Source of the DNA: Massalongia carnosa
Taxonomy: Eukaryota
Reading direction: 5' to 3'
NCBI GenBank assembly: GCA_965645245.1
Contig: OZ287085.1
Span: forward strand, 744,001 to 808,000
Length of the DNA stretch: 64,000 nt
Under the pieces are notes generated by a model. The model did no database searches and was not told the origin of the DNA. It saw nothing but the letters and a program-made list of their open reading frames with translations. Numbering within the stretch: position 1 is the first letter of the stretch; each line of letters begins with the position of its first letter. Shown piece after piece: positions 12,871-27,590 of this stretch. The translations under genes were made by a program, and so were the position numbers.

Positions 12871-15800
12871 CAGTTAAATCTTGCGACCACCAATTTTTCG
12901 ATTTTGCGCATATTTTTGTCTACGGAATAAACATTTCAGCCGCGTTTTTGATAACGTTTTACAAATATAACGCTGATTCATCAAATTGATAATTGTTCAA
13001 TAGACTTTGTATTTGGGACTCGTTGTTTATTGCATTTTCGTCTAGAAACTTCGCGAATTTATCCCAATCGGCTTTATTGCAGTTGTATTTTTTCGATAAT
13101 GCGGTTGCGTGTGACGTCAAGTTCTTGAAAGACGCGATAAGTTCAAATCGAATAACTTCATGATCTGAACCCGTGACTGCGTTTTCATCGATTGACCAAT
13201 TTGTAATTGGGTTTTCGATTTTAGAATTTGCAAATGTTAAATCAATAATAGATGAAGAGTTTCCTGAATGAGCAAAAAATTTATATAGATCAGGCATATT
13301 TATCAAACAACATTTGTTTAATATTAACCATTTGACTAGATTTTCTGATCGAATTGCACATTGAATCTTTGCATTCTACCAGCAATGATGTGTATTGAAA
13401 TCTCCACATATGACAAATTGATCAGTTGATATAGGTTGATATTTAACTAAAAGTCGATCGATTGAATATGTTTCTCGATCGTTTAGACTTTTTTCATTGT
13501 AAAGGTTAAAGATCTGCACTTTTCGAACTTCATCAATTGTAAATTTGATAATTTGCATATCAGTATCCTTTATAAGATCCGTTCTAGGCGTGCATTGTAA
13601 TTTTGGATTGCATTTTGTAACGAATATAGCTACTCTCGGCCGACAAGTCGCTATTTTCGGCATAATACATGTGAATGACGGATGGGAAATTGTTTTTTGA
13701 TCTCGCGTCCATGGTTCCTGAAATAAAACAATATCAACACGATTTAGTACTGCATATTCTAGACACGAAATCATTGCATTCGTTGACTTTGCACAATTAT
13801 GTTGAATAAATTTGACATTTTGTGTATTTTCGATATTTGTCAACGAATGTTGTCCCGCCATTAACCAATCATTAATTCATTATTCGATTTTCTAGGATTT
13901 AGCGAGATAAACATTTCGCAACCTATATCGTTCGATTGATGATTTTTGTTGCAATTGACGCATTTCAGAATTGCATGTGCGCATGCGATTTTAGACTTGC
14001 ATGTTGTGCATTCATGTTTTTGCGTTTTATGACTTTGTGCGCATATATTACATTTTGCCGGACTTTTGCATTGATAATGCTTATGTCCAAATTTCTGACA
14101 ATTAATACATTGCGTGTTTGGACGAACGGAAGCAAATATTTCCGTGTCACAATGTCTACCCGCGATATTCACGCCTCTTAACGCGTTTGACGCTTGATTT
14201 TGATTATTGAAAGTCAAAACAACCGACGACGTGACTTTGTTTTGACGATCCCGAGCAAGCCATCTTGGTAAATCGCATAGTTACATATTCGGATTGTATT
14301 TTTCGATTTAGGTTTGCAAATATTGCATGTTATTATCGAATAACGAGATATTTACTCCGTGTGCTATGACTTTAAACCAGGATTTGTCTTTTCGAATTCT
14401 TTGTGATTCGAAAATGTGTTCCCATGAAGATTTATTTTTCAACAATTCTTCGGCATTGTTGTGAGGGCTAGTGGTGAGAACGATATTTTGACCGGTTTTG
14501 GATTTTTCAACAGTATTGACGATGATGTTTAAATTTGCGTTTTTTAATAGCGCGTTAATTTGATCACGCAACTTCATAGAGTCGATTTGAGCGTCAGGGT
14601 TTTTCGGTGAAATCACGAGTCGTCTGGCCTTGATTGCATCAAATCGATCGACTTTGTTCGAATTATGATTCGAACTTTTCCTTTGAATAGTAGTCCAATT
14701 TTTGGAGTTTTCGGTTGCTTTTCCAAGCATTTGACTCCATGTACCGGTTGTGCTAACATTGTTACCAGAGGCCCCGGTTGCTCATTTGCGACTGGTCTGA
14801 TTTTTAATAATTGAATTTTCATTCAATTTAACAACAGGTTTTTGGATTTTTGGACCATTCTGTAGTGGAGTCGTTTGTTGTTGTGACGTTTTTGAGGAAA
14901 GATGACTAGTTTGATCAAGTACTATGCCCATTTTATAGTTAATCATATCTAAGGATGTTTGTAAATTGATTGATTTTTTCGAAATCAACGAATTAACGTT
15001 GTCAATACGATAGCCGTTTGTTGATTTTGGTCGAGTACAAATGATTGCAAAATGCTTTTTTGGACGACTTTAGAAGCTCAATTGAATTTGCCCGATTGAT
15101 CGCTTCTTGGCTATCTCTCGAATGTTCGTCAAATGTGCGTCTTTTATTTTGTTTGATTGGTGGGCTTGATCCAATGTTTAAGTTCAATGAAGGCATCGGC
15201 AAGATAGTGGAAAATGGACCCGATGGGAATTTCGTTGCCTTTGGTGTCGGTGTTGACGGGGCTGATGCATATTCGCGAGTTTGATCAATAGGTTCAAGAC
15301 GGGGAGAGCTCCCTATCAACGCCACCGGAGATGGTCCGGGGGAGTGTCGCCGGGTAAGGGGTCGGTAGGGGGGCGGGACCGGCTGGGGGTGGTGTCCTTG
15401 GTATATTCCGGCGGTTAATTACCGCGTTAAACATGATTTTATAAATAAATCGATGTTGCCTTTACTATATCCCCTTTATCGCCACCAAATAGTTTATTCT
15501 GACGTTCCCCGGACGTAATAGTCAGAATAGAGAGTTTTTACGCCGATTTACTGGTCTAAAGACTCTTGCTTTCCAAACTCTATTTATTAGACAATAACAA
15601 GTCAAATAAATCCTAGTCGAGTTAAAATAGACCGTTCCTCGCTTAGGCAATAGATCTTATTTAACTCTTTACCTTGACACTACGATATTTGGAATATAAT
15701 AAGAATTTTACGATCGAACAGAAAAATTTTTTTTTTAAAAAAAGTTTTTGATCCAGAAATAAAAATCAAGTACAATGAGAGAGTAGGAGACTTCCTATTC

Positions 15801-16362
15801 TGGTTAGCCTGAAACAGGGCCTTTGATTTAACCCTATTTCAGACGTTTTTCCCCTTCGTTTCAGCAGATTGTTGGTCGGCAGTTCAACGAAAATCGAAAA
15901 AACCCAAAATGGAATAGTGTATACGGTACCGGTAACCTTAAATTTCAAATGAACACCAAGAAGTTTTGTTGTCTCGAGGACAGGTTGTACAGTTACGCGA
16001 CAGTGATGATATTTTGTAAATAATTTTTGTGATAATAGATGAGATCTATGCGACAATTAAACCGAAGAAATATCGAAAATCGAGCGATTTTTGACGTTGT
16101 TGTTGGTGTTTTTCTGTTTTGTAGATTTTTTGGACGCGCTTTTTGGTGAAGGGGCGGACAGACCGCGAGGAAAACTCTGCAGGAGCAGTGGAAGAGCTCT
16201 CCTGTACCCAATTCTGTTTGGTTTTAGCTTCTGGTAGGCTCAAATGAATGAGAAGAATGAGGAGAATAAGTTGGGAAAGCTTCAGTATATCAAAATATAG
16301 GGTACCGATGTTTTGGAGGTTGACTTTTGGGCGCTCTCCGACTGAACAGGTGTGGATAATGT
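12871..16362 (-). mobile_element. LINE-A 5' half (variant gamma): 5'UTR, ORF1, APE domain; no 3' end
   Basis: ORF2 start MAGQHSL at 13861; ORF1 pieces 13861-15435 with CINCQKFGHKHYQC; 5'UTR 15436-16362 homologous to other copies. Confidence 0.88.
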
Positions 16363-17472
16363 GAGTTGATGTAGGTTGATATTTGATTAAAAGTCGATCG
16401 ATCGTGTATGTTTCTCGATCATTTTGACTTTTTTCGTTATAATTATTGAAAATCTGCACTTTTCGAACTTCATCAATTGTAATTTCAATAATTTGCATAT
16501 CGGAATCGTCAATAAGATCCGTTTTAGGCGTGCATTCCAGTTAAAGATTGCAATTTGTGACAAATATAGCTACTCTCGAGCGATAAGTAGCCATTTTCGG
16601 CGTAATGCATGTAAATGACGGAAGTGATATTGTTTTTTGATCTCGCGTCCATGGTTCCTGAAACAAAACAATATCAATTTGATTTGATAAATCATATTCC
16701 AAACACGAAGTCATTGCATTCGTTGACCTTCCACAGTTGTGTTGAATATATTTGACATTGTGAGTATTTTCTATATTTGCCAACGAATTCTGTCCTGTCA
16801 TTATAAGGCGGATAATTCGTCAGCCGATTTTCGTAGATTTAATGCAGTAAACATTTCACAATGTTCATCATTTGATTGATGATTTTTATTGCAGTTTGCA
16901 CATTTCACAACAGCGTGTGCACACGCAGTTTTCGATTTGCATGTTATGCATTCATGATTATGTGTTTCATGATTTTGTGCACAAATAGTGCATTTTGATT
17001 TGTTTCGACACTGATAATGCTTGTGTCCGAATTTTTGACAATTAATACATTGTGTATTCGGACGAACGGAAGTAAATATTTCCATGTCACAGTGTTTTCC
17101 AGAATTATTTTCGCCTTTTAACGCGTTTAAGGCCTGATTTCGATCGTTAAAAGTCAAAACGACCGAAGAATTGAATTTATTTTCGCGGTCTCGCCTAGCC
17201 ATCTGGGTAAATCGTATAATTCCATGTTAAGGTTGAATTTCTGGATTTCATTTTGCAGATATTGCATATTTTAATCAAACGTTGCAATATTTACTCCATG
17301 TGCGATCACTTTAAACCAGGATTCGTCTTTTCGAATTCTTTGTGCATCGAACATATGTTCCCATATAGATTTGTTTTTTCCAACAATTCTGCAGCAGTGT
17401 TTTTCGAACTAGTAGTGAGAACGATATTCAGACTAGTTTTCGATTTTTCGACCGTGTTGATTACGATATCTA

Positions 17473-20400
17473 TTTTTATTTTTTATTTATTCATTAAGTG
17501 TATTCAACCTAAGGTTATGACACTAAATTATTCTAGGATATTTTTCTATATTACAAAATAATCCACCCTTTATAACCCATCTATGTATTTTCAATTTTTC
17601 CCCATTTTTACTCCGTGTTAGTAACAACCTATAGTAATCGAAGAATATCGATTTTAAAATTTGTCTTTGTAAGTTCGTGAATGTTTCAGCATAAATCGTT
17701 TCTGATTTTACTGTTCGATCTCTCCCCAACCTCCAGTTTGGAAAATCACGTCATCAAGCTGACCTAGTATCCATTTTCTTGTCGCGATTTTGTTATTGAC
17801 AATGAATTTAATCAAAATGTCATTTCCGATTTTTGTATTAAACAACAAATTCAAGTTGATCGTAGTATCGATATTTTGTTTCATGTTTTGAATTTCATCG
17901 AAATAGTGAATGCAATTCAATAACAAGTGTTCTGGCGTTTGTCGTTGATTGCATCGATTTGTGCATTTTGACGAATTATAATCTATCAATCGCTGTAAAT
18001 ATGATCGAAAATAGCCGTGTCCGAATTTTAATTGCATAATAGTAGCAAATATCAATTTGGAACAGTTGTTTGATAAATAATAAAATCTCGATATGCCAGG
18101 TTTCATTTCGAATTTCTCGTAGTATTTGCCTTTTGATTTGCATTGTTGCCATTGATTCGTCCATGTGGTTAGCATATTTTGATTTATTTGATCTTTTACA
18201 TAATCAAATGTTATCGCCGAGGACTCGACTAGGATTTGATTATGGCCCGTCTTTGCTATTTTGTCTGCAATTTCGTTTTCGGTAATATTTGAATGACTCG
18301 GAACATTGCAAAATCACCTGAAAATTGCTTTGAAATAAGAGTTTTGCGAGCTTTCGAATTTGTCTTGCGAAAATATGATTTGTCAAGTTCTGAATTTCGT
18401 TTATCGCGTTTATACTATCAGAAAAAATCCAAATCGTTTTTTCTAAGTTCGATAAAATATTAGTATTCGACAATTTATAGACCCATTTCATTGCTTGTAA
18501 AATCGCATGCAGTTCAGCATTTTTAATGCTTGACTGTTTGCTTAATTTCCAGCTTTTCGAAATCGTTTGATACTTGATCAGAGAATCTTTTTCGATAAAT
18601 CGTTTAAAATTTTTGACAATATTACTCCAATTCCTTATAATTGGCGCAAATGTGACTGCAGACGTTGCAAACTCGATTTTCGATTCATCTATATAAAGTA
18701 AAACTCGGGATTTATCGGGGTTCATTGATTTAATTTTGGATAAGGTCGAATAATAACTTGATTTAGCAGATTCCTTTGTATTTTCGAATTGAAATTCAAT
18801 TTTGCAAGGCGATTTCCAATGTTTAATAAAATGATTTGATTGTTCAAATTCATCAGTTTTGTGAACTATGTGGGAAAGGGAATGAAGAACGCGAATAAGC
18901 TGACTAGGATATCGTTTATTTGTTTGTTTTTGTCTTCGTTCCATTGGGCATATTTATTGTTCCATAAACTTGTGTCAAAACCGATATTTTCGAATTTTAT
19001 CGAATATGTGTTTGGAATTCTTTGACAAATAGGGTTATTTTCGGCAATCTTCAATAATCGAATTGCGTATTTTTGATTTTTCATTAATAATCGAAGTTTA
19101 ACTGGTAAAACATGTAATTCAATTTCCATCGCCTGAACAGGTGTGGTTTTGAAAGTTCCTAAAATCTTTCGAATCATTTGATTTTGTAGGTTCTGAAATA
19201 GTTTTTCATTTTTCTTTTGACCATTATACTAAATTTCTGAGCCGTAGTCCGAAATAGGAATAATGCATGACAAATAGAGCTGTCTGCATGCGGTCGGTTT
19301 CAGACCCCATTCGCATTTCATCAAATTCTGAATTGCAAAAAACGATCGATTCGCAGAAGAGATTCGCGTTTCGACGTGTTTTTTGAAATTCAGTTTCCGG
19401 TCTAACCAGACGCCCAACCATTTGACTACATTTTTCGGTTCTAGTACAGTCCCGTTTGGTAATTCCAATGTGTCTTTCGATACATTTCTTGTCTTTTCGA
19501 AGTGAATCAGCTCGGATTTATCGTCATCAAATTTGACATTATACGATGCGGTCCAATAAAAAGCCGTTTTGACTATGATTTCGATTTCTTTTCGATTCTG
19601 TTTTGCAGTTTTATTTTCGACATATATTGCAACATCGTCAATAAAACTGGGAGAATATGCATTGAATTTCATTCGTATTTTCGGAAACAAGTGACGAATG
19701 TAAATCAGAAATAGAATAGGCGAGATTGGTGATCCTTGTGGAATTCCTGATTCGACATAATATGTTTTGCTTAAATTTTCATCAAATATCAAATTGATCG
19801 ATCGTTTTGTCATGAAATGCTTGACCCATTGAATTATTATGCGAGATAATTTCAGCTTTTTCATAACATTTAGCAGTTGATTAATCGAGACAAAGTCAAA
19901 TGCGCCATTGACATCGAGTAATAAACATGATAAGACGTTTCTATTTCTATTTGCAATTTCAATATCATGAACAACGTTCATTACTGCGTCAATTGCGGAA
20001 TGATTTTTGCGTCCACCCATCTGTTCGATATCGAGTAAATTCGAATTTTCGCCGAAGTAGGCTAGTCGATTTGCAACGATTTTCTCAGCAATTTTACCAA
20101 GACAATTAATTTAGTAATGTGATAATTCGATATGATTTTGGAAACGAATAGTCTGATTTATTAGGTTTTTTCAGAACTGCACCGAGTCCTGTCCGCCAGC
20201 ATAACGAGTGATAACCGATTCGAATGAATTTCGAATAAATCATGAAAAACACGTTTTTCAACGATTGAAACGATTTTTGAACAATTGTAAAATTGATTGC
20301 ATCAGGTCCAGATGCTTTCTTCAGATTAAATAAACTAATCGCATTTTTCAACTCGTTTTCGGTCAAATCTGGCCAATCATCATCATTTTCGCTGTCTTGA

Positions 20401-23400
20401 TTTGATAAATCTTCCTCATTATCGTCAATAAATGGGTTTTTTGTATACATTGCTGACATAAATGCATCGCATTTGTCATTAAACTGTACATTTAGCTTGT
20501 TTTCATGTGGAATCGGCGGTATTTTTTCGAATATGCGCCGTTTAGTGTATTTATACGCGGTAAATACATCTTTATTTGCTGCATTTTCAAGAAAAGTAAA
20601 CTATGTTTGTTGTTTTGCTTTTCGAATTGCATGAAAATACTCGATTCGACTATGTTTAAACGTCCGACGACTAAAATCGGACGGATAATTCTTCCATTCT
20701 CGACGATGTCTGCACATGGTTTTTCGAAGTTCAGTTAAATCTTGCGACCACCAATTTTTCGATTTTGCATAAATTTTCGTTTTCGGAATAAACATTTCAG
20801 CCGCGTTATTGATAACGTTTTGCAAATATATCGCTGATTCGTCGAATTGATGATTATTCAATAAACTTTGAACTTGTGATTCATAGATGGTTGAATTATC
20901 GTCTAGATACTTCGCGAATTTATTCCAATCGGCTTTATTGCAATTGTATTTATTCGATAATGCGGTTGCATGTGACGTCAAGTTTTTGAAAGATGCGATT
21001 AGTTCAAATCGGATGACTTCATGATCAGAACCTGTGACTGCGTTTTCATCGATTGACCAATTTGTGATTGCATATTCGATTTTAGAATTTGCAAAAGTTA
21101 AATCAATAACAGATGAAGAACTTCCAGAATGGGCGTAGTATGTACATAAGTCAGGTGTGTTTATCAAACTACACCTGTTTAATTTCAACCATTTGACACG
21201 ATTTTCTGATCGAATTCCTTGTTGAATTTTCGAATTCCACCAGTTATGATGTGCATTGAAATCTCCACAGATGACGAATTGATCAGTTGATTTAGGTTGT
21301 AATTGGATTAAAAGTCGATCGATCGTGTATGTTTCTCCATCAATTTGACTTTTTTCGTTATAAATATTGAAAATCTGCACTTTTCGAACTTCATCAATTG
21401 TAACTTCAATAATTTGCATATCGGAATCGTCAATAAGATCCGTTCTAGGCGTGCATTGCAGTTTGAAATTGCCATTTGTGATAAATATAGCTACTCTCGA
21501 GCTATATGTCGCTATTTTTGGCATAATACATGTAAATGACGGATGTGATATTGTTTTTTGATCTCGTGTCCATGGTTCCTGAAACAAAACAATATCAATT
21601 TAATTTGATAAAGCATATTCCAAAAACGATATCATTGCATTCGTTGACTTTGCACAATTATGTTGAATAAATTTAACATTTTGTGTATTTTCGATGTTTG
21701 TCAACGAATGCTGTCCTGCCATTACAAAGCGTCTAATTCGTCAGTCGATTTTCGAACATTTAACGATATAACCATTTCACAATTTTCATCATTTGATTGA
21801 TGATTCTTGTTGCAATTCGCGCATTTGACGACGACATTTGCACAAGCAATTTTTGACTTGCATGTTGTGCATTCATGATTGCGTGTTTCATGGTTTTGCG
21901 CACATATGCTGCATTTCGCTTGACTTTTGCATTGATAATGCTTGTGTCCAAATTTTTGACAAATAATGCGTTGTGTGTTTGGACGAACGGAGGTAAATAT
22001 TTCCGTGTCACAATGTCGGCCCGCGATATTGACTCCTTTTAACGCGTTCATGGCTATATTTCGATCTTTGAATGTCAAAACAACTGATGATTTGATCTTG
22101 TTATGACGATCACGTGCTAGCCATCTGGGAACATCGCATAATTGCATGTTCGAATTGAACTTTTGAATTTCGTCTTGCAAATATTGCATGTTTTCATCAA
22201 ATGTTGCAATATTTACACCGTGTGCGACGACTTTGAACCACGATTCGTCCTTTCGAACTGTTCGTGGGTCGAATAAATGCTCCCATATTGATTTATTGTT
22301 CAATAAATCTTCAGCAGTGTTATCAGGACTAGTAGTCAGAACGATATTTTGACCTGTTTTGGGCTTTTCGACCGTGTTAACAACTATAGTCAATTTCGCG
22401 TCTTTAAAAAGCGAATTTATTTGGTTCCGAAGCAACAGTGAATCGATATCGCCGATTTGAGCTTTCAGTGTGATTATCAATCGTCGAGATTTGATCGCCT
22501 TGAAATCGTCAGTATTATCGAATTTGTTCGCATTCGAATTATTGTTGTTGTTCTTGTTAGTTGTTTTGGATCGAGGAACGGTAGTCCAATTTTCGGAATT
22601 GACAGTCGCTTTTCCGAGCATTTGGCTCCATGTTCTAGCTGTATCGTTGACCTGCGGCCCTGGGACTCAGGCGGTTTCGCTCCGAATTTCTGGGTTGACG
22701 TTTTTAGTCAAATTCGAATTTCCATTTGAATTTCCCTTCGATTTTGTCTGGACAGGATGCACCGATTGTCTCTTTGTTTCTGGAATTTGGCTAGTTTGTT
22801 CTAGCACCCTATTCAATTTCCAATCAATCATTTCTAACGTTGCTTTTGGCTTAATCGATTTCTTTGCCAGTAGAGAATTGACGTGATCGATGACCATAGC
22901 CGTTTCGGGGTTTTGATCTATTACGAATGACTCTAATAATGCATTTTTTGCCGTATTCAATAGTTGAATCGATTTTGATCGATTGATGACTTCTTGACTT
23001 TCAATCGAATGTTCGTCAAATGTTCGTATTTTGTTGCGTTTAATTGGTGGACTCAGTCTAATATCAGAATTCAATGATGGCATGGGCAGCTTGGTACTGA
23101 ATTCACCAGATGGCGCGACAAAAGGTTTCGTTTTTGGGGTGGGTGTGGACGGTGCGGACGAAAATTCTCGCGTTTGGTCCATGGCCTCCGTGGAGTTTGG
23201 TCCATGGCCTCCGTGGATTCTACGGTTAGGGGGTTGCTCCCAATTATCGCTACCGAAGATGGCGTGGGGGAGTCGGTTCGGGTGGGGCACGGGGGAGTAC
23301 TCGGGGGGACCCATAGATGTTGTGGAGGGGCGCCTGGAGGAGGAGTTGTTGGTATCAATCGATTTGGTCTATGACCTATCTGGTTAAATCTTCGATTGAG

Positions 23401-24309
23401 CATAGTGTTTTTGCATTTGCAATATTCCTTTTATCGCCACCAAATAATTTATTCTGACTTTCCCCGGACGTACTAGTCAGAATAGAATTTACACCTGTTT
23501 GTTTACTGGTCAAATGACTCTTTCTTTCCTATCCCTATTTATTTGACTATAACGCGTCAAATAAATCCTAATCGGGTTAAAATAGACCGTTCCTCGCTAA
23601 GGCAGTAAATCTTATTTAACCCTTTACCAGACACTACAATAGGTAAAAATAATGAAAGTTTTTTTTTGTGCTTTTTTCAATAAAGATAAATTTTAATGCA
23701 ATGTAAGACAATAGGAGACTTCCTATTCTGATTAATCTGAAACAGGACCTTTGGTATAATCCTATTCCAGACGTTTTTCCCCTTTTTTTCAGTGATCTAT
23801 TGACCGGCCGTTCAACGAAGATCTATAAAGCCGAAAATGGAATTTGCAAAAATTATACGTGAAATATGCTATGAAAATTTGTGCTTGCGGAAGTTCCCGT
23901 AACCTTAAATGAGGAATGAACTTTAGAAGACTCTGACGTCGCGACAGTTGTGTACAGTCCCGCGAGAGTAGACAATTTTTGTGAATAATTTTTATAGTAA
24001 TAATTGAAGGTCATGCGACAACAGAACAGAAGAAAACAAGAAAAAAGAGCGATTTTTGGTGAGGTTGTTGGTATTTGTTGTTTTTTCCAACTTCTAGAGC
24101 GCGCTTTATCACGTCGGTCGCGTGCGACCTGCAGAAAAACTCTGCTGGAGCTTTGCTAGAGCTCTCCTACACTCAATCTGAGAGCGTTTTTGCTCTGGAG
24201 GAGCGCAAATGACTGAGAAATAGAAGCTCAATTGACTATTAAAGTTATAGTGTATCAAAAGTTGCGGTACTTGTGTTTCTTGTTATTGTTCTGTAGACTG
24301 GTCCTAATC
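17473..24309 (-). mobile_element. Full-length LINE-A (variant beta), ~6.8 kb, inactivated by stops and frameshifts
   Basis: 15-bp TSD tgattacgatatcta (17458-17472 and 24310-24324); A-rich tail; ORF2 pieces 17708-21722; ORF1 pieces 21722-23403; ~900-nt 5'UTR. Confidence 0.95.
23405..23830 (-). promoter_or_regulatory. Conserved multi-hairpin leader directly upstream of the LINE-A ORF1 ATG
   Basis: Inverted repeats 23450-23459/23475-23484, 23537-23547/23556-23566, 23574-23580/23616-23622. Homologs at ~15440-15900, ~25235-25670, 43386-43630. Confidence 0.6.
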
Positions 24310-26140
24310 TGATTACGATATCTAACTTCGCGTTGCTGAATTGCGCGTTGATTTTATCCCGAAGTTTCAATGAGTTGATATCGCCGATTTGAATTTTTGG
24401 TGTAATTATCAGTCGTCTGAGTTTGATTGCATTTAATTCGTCGGTTTTGTCGAATTTGTTCGAGGTTTGACTCGAATTTTTCGATCTGGAAACAAACAGT
24501 GGTCCAATTTTCGGAATTCGCAGTTGCTTTTCCAAGCATTTGACTCCAGGGTAGAGGCGTGTTATTGACCTTTGTACTCGTAACCCCGGCGGTTTCCTTT
24601 CGTGCGTTCGTGTTGACGACATTATTTGGATTTTCAGTCGTATTGACTTGTTGAACCCGAGTCGATTTTCGCGTTGTTTCTGAGGTTCGATTACTAGTCT
24701 GATCAAGTACCTTGTCTAATTTTCAATACATCATATCTAGTTTTGTTTTTATATTAATTGGTTGATTTGTCAATAAGGAATTGACATTATCAATGACTAT
24801 TGCTGTTTCTGGATTTTGATATAAGACAAATGACTTCAATAACGCGGTTTTAGCCGTTTTGAGTAATCCAATCGATTGTGCTCGATTGATTGCTTCTTGG
24901 CTTTCCTCTACTCGTTCGTCGAATGTTTTTCGTTTGTTACGTTTGATAGGCGGGATTAATTCTATATTAGAATTTAACGATGGCATGGGTAGATTGGTAG
25001 TAAATTGTCCAGATGGGAATTTGGTTGCTTTTGGGGTCGGCGTAGTCGGGGCGGACGAATATTCATATATTGATCCATAGGCTCGTCAAGTACAGGCGAT
25101 TTTTCTATAAGTCCTACTGACGAGAGCCACGGAGATTCCATTTGGGGAGGGTTTTGAGGAGTGCTCAGGGGTGTTCCCGGGGAGGCTCTCGATATAATTC
25201 GTCGAGTCCTAGGGAGTACCGGATTGATCATGATTTAATAAATAAATCGATATGTCTTTTCAATATCCCTTTTATCAACACCAAATAATTTATTCGTATA
25301 TTCCCCGGACGTACTAATCAGAATAGAAATTTACACCAATTTACCGGTCTAACGACTCTTGCTTTCCTATCCCTATTTATATGACAATAACTCGTCAAAT
25401 AAATCCTAATCGGGTTAAAATAGACCGTTCCTCGCTTAGGCAGTAAATCTTATTTAACCCTTTACCAGACACTACAATATTTGAAAATAATGAAAGTTTT
25501 TTTTTGCTTTTTTGCGATAAAAATAGATCTAAGGCAAGGTAAGATAATAAGAGACTTCCTGTTCTGATTAATCTGAAATAGGATCTTTGGTATAATCCTA
25601 TTCCAGACGTTTTTCCCCTTCTTTTCAGTGATCTGTTGACCGGCCGTTCAATGGAGATCAATAAAGCCTAAAATGGTATATGCAGAAATTATACGTGTGA
25701 TATATGGGGAAATTTGTGCTTGCGGAAGTTCACGTAACCTTAAATGAGAAATGAACTTCAAAAAAGTTGGTCGTCGCGACAGTGTTGTACAGTACCGCGA
25801 TAGTAGATATTTTTTGTAGATAATTCTTGTAGTTATAATTGAGGGTAATGCGACAACAGAACAGAAGAAAGTGAGAAAAAAGAGCGATTTTTGGTGATAT
25901 TGTTGGTATTTGTTGTTTTTTTATAACTTCTTGAGCAAGCTTTATCGCGTCTGTCGCGTGCGACCAGCAGAAAATCTCTGCTGGAGCTTTGCTAGAGCTC
26001 TCCTACACTCAATCTGAGTCCGTTTTTGCTCTGGAGGAGCCCAAATAACTGAGAAAGAGATGTTCAATTGACTGTGAAAGTTATAGAGTATCAAAAGTTG
26101 CGGTACTTGTGTTTCGATAGGTGGTCTTTGGTGCTTCCTC

Positions 26141-26345
26141 CCAAGAAGTTTTGTTGTCTCGAAAACAGGCTGTACAGTTACGCGACAGTGATGATAGTTT
26201 GTAGATAATTTTTGTGATAATAGATGAGATCTATGCGACAATTAAACCGAAAAAATATCGAAATTGGAGTGATTTTTGACGTTTTTGTTGGTGTTTTTGT
26301 GTTTTGTAGCTTTTTTGGACGCACTTTTTGGTGAAGGGGCGGACT
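26141..26345 (-). mobile_element. LINE-A gamma 5'UTR fragment
   Basis: Near-identical to ~15957-16160 (ccaagaagttttgttgtctc...gaaggggcggac). Confidence 0.85.
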
Positions 26346-27590
26346 CGACCGTGTTAACAACGATAGTCAACTTCGCGTCTTTAAAAAGCGAATTGATTTG
26401 GTTTCGAAGCAACAGTACGTCGATAACGCCGATTTAAGCTTTCGGTGTGATTATCAACCGTTGAGATTTGATCGTCTTGAAATCTTCAGTATTGTCGAAT
26501 TTGTTCGCATTCGAATTGTTGATGTGGTTTTTGGTTGTTTTTTTTTTGGATCGAGGAACGGTAGTCCAATTTTCGGAATTGATTGTCGCTTCTCCGAGAA
26601 TTTGGCTCCATGTTCTTGTTGTTTCATTGACATGCGGCCCCGCGACCAAAGCGGTTCCGCTCCGAATTGTTGGATTGATATTTTTATTCAAATTCGAATT
26701 TCCATTTGAATTTCCATTTGAACATGTCTGTATAGGTCGCTCCGATTGTCTCTTTGCTTCTGGAATTTTGCTAGTATATTGTAGAACCCTATTCAATTTC
26801 CAATCAATCATTTCTAACGTTGCTTTAGGCTTGATCAATTTCTTTGCCAGCAGAAAATTGACGTGATCAATGACATTAGCCGTTTCGGGGTTTTGATCTA
26901 GAACGAATGACTCCAATAATGCATTTTTTGCCGTATTCAATAGTTGAATCGATTTTGTTCGAGTGATGTCTTCTTGACTTTCAATCGAATGTTCGTCAAA
27001 TGTTCGTCTTTTGTTGCGTTTAATTGGTGGACTCAGTCGAATATCAGAATTCAATGATGGCATGGGCAGATAAGTACTGTATTCACCAGATGGCGCGACA
27101 AAAGATTCGCTTTTAGGGTAGGTGTAGACGGTACGGACGAAAACCCTCGCTTTGGTCCATGGCCTCCGCGGACTCTACGGTTAGGGTAGTGCTACCAATT
27201 ATCGCTAACGTAATAGCCACCCATTCGGGCCAGCCACCCAATCGGGCCACCCCTCAAAATCTAGTAGCCGAATATTAATCTTTTCCTTCCAATCCACCAC
27301 TATCACTCATTTATCGCTAAACTATATATAAAATGCCTAAAAACATACCCATACATGACTCTGCTACTAGATTACACTTTGCTATTGAAAAAATACGCAA
27401 AAACCCGGGCATTTTGCCGCGGGAGATAGCGCGAATTTACAGAGTTCCCTGATCGAGCTTACAGGCCAGTTTTCAAGACAGACGTGACGCAAAACCCCCC
27501 ATGAGGCCACTCAAAGACTATCAGTAGAAGAAGAACAGGGCTTAATCACGTGGATAGATCGGATGACTGCATGGGGCTCGCCACCTAGTA

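Larger units (their letters stand above)
16363..26115 (-). mobile_element. LINE-A 5' half (variant alpha), interrupted by a full-length copy at 17473-24309
   Basis: APE start 16541-16801; ORF1 split at TSD tgattacgatatcta and resuming 24310-25231; 5'UTR to ~26115. Confidence 0.88.
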
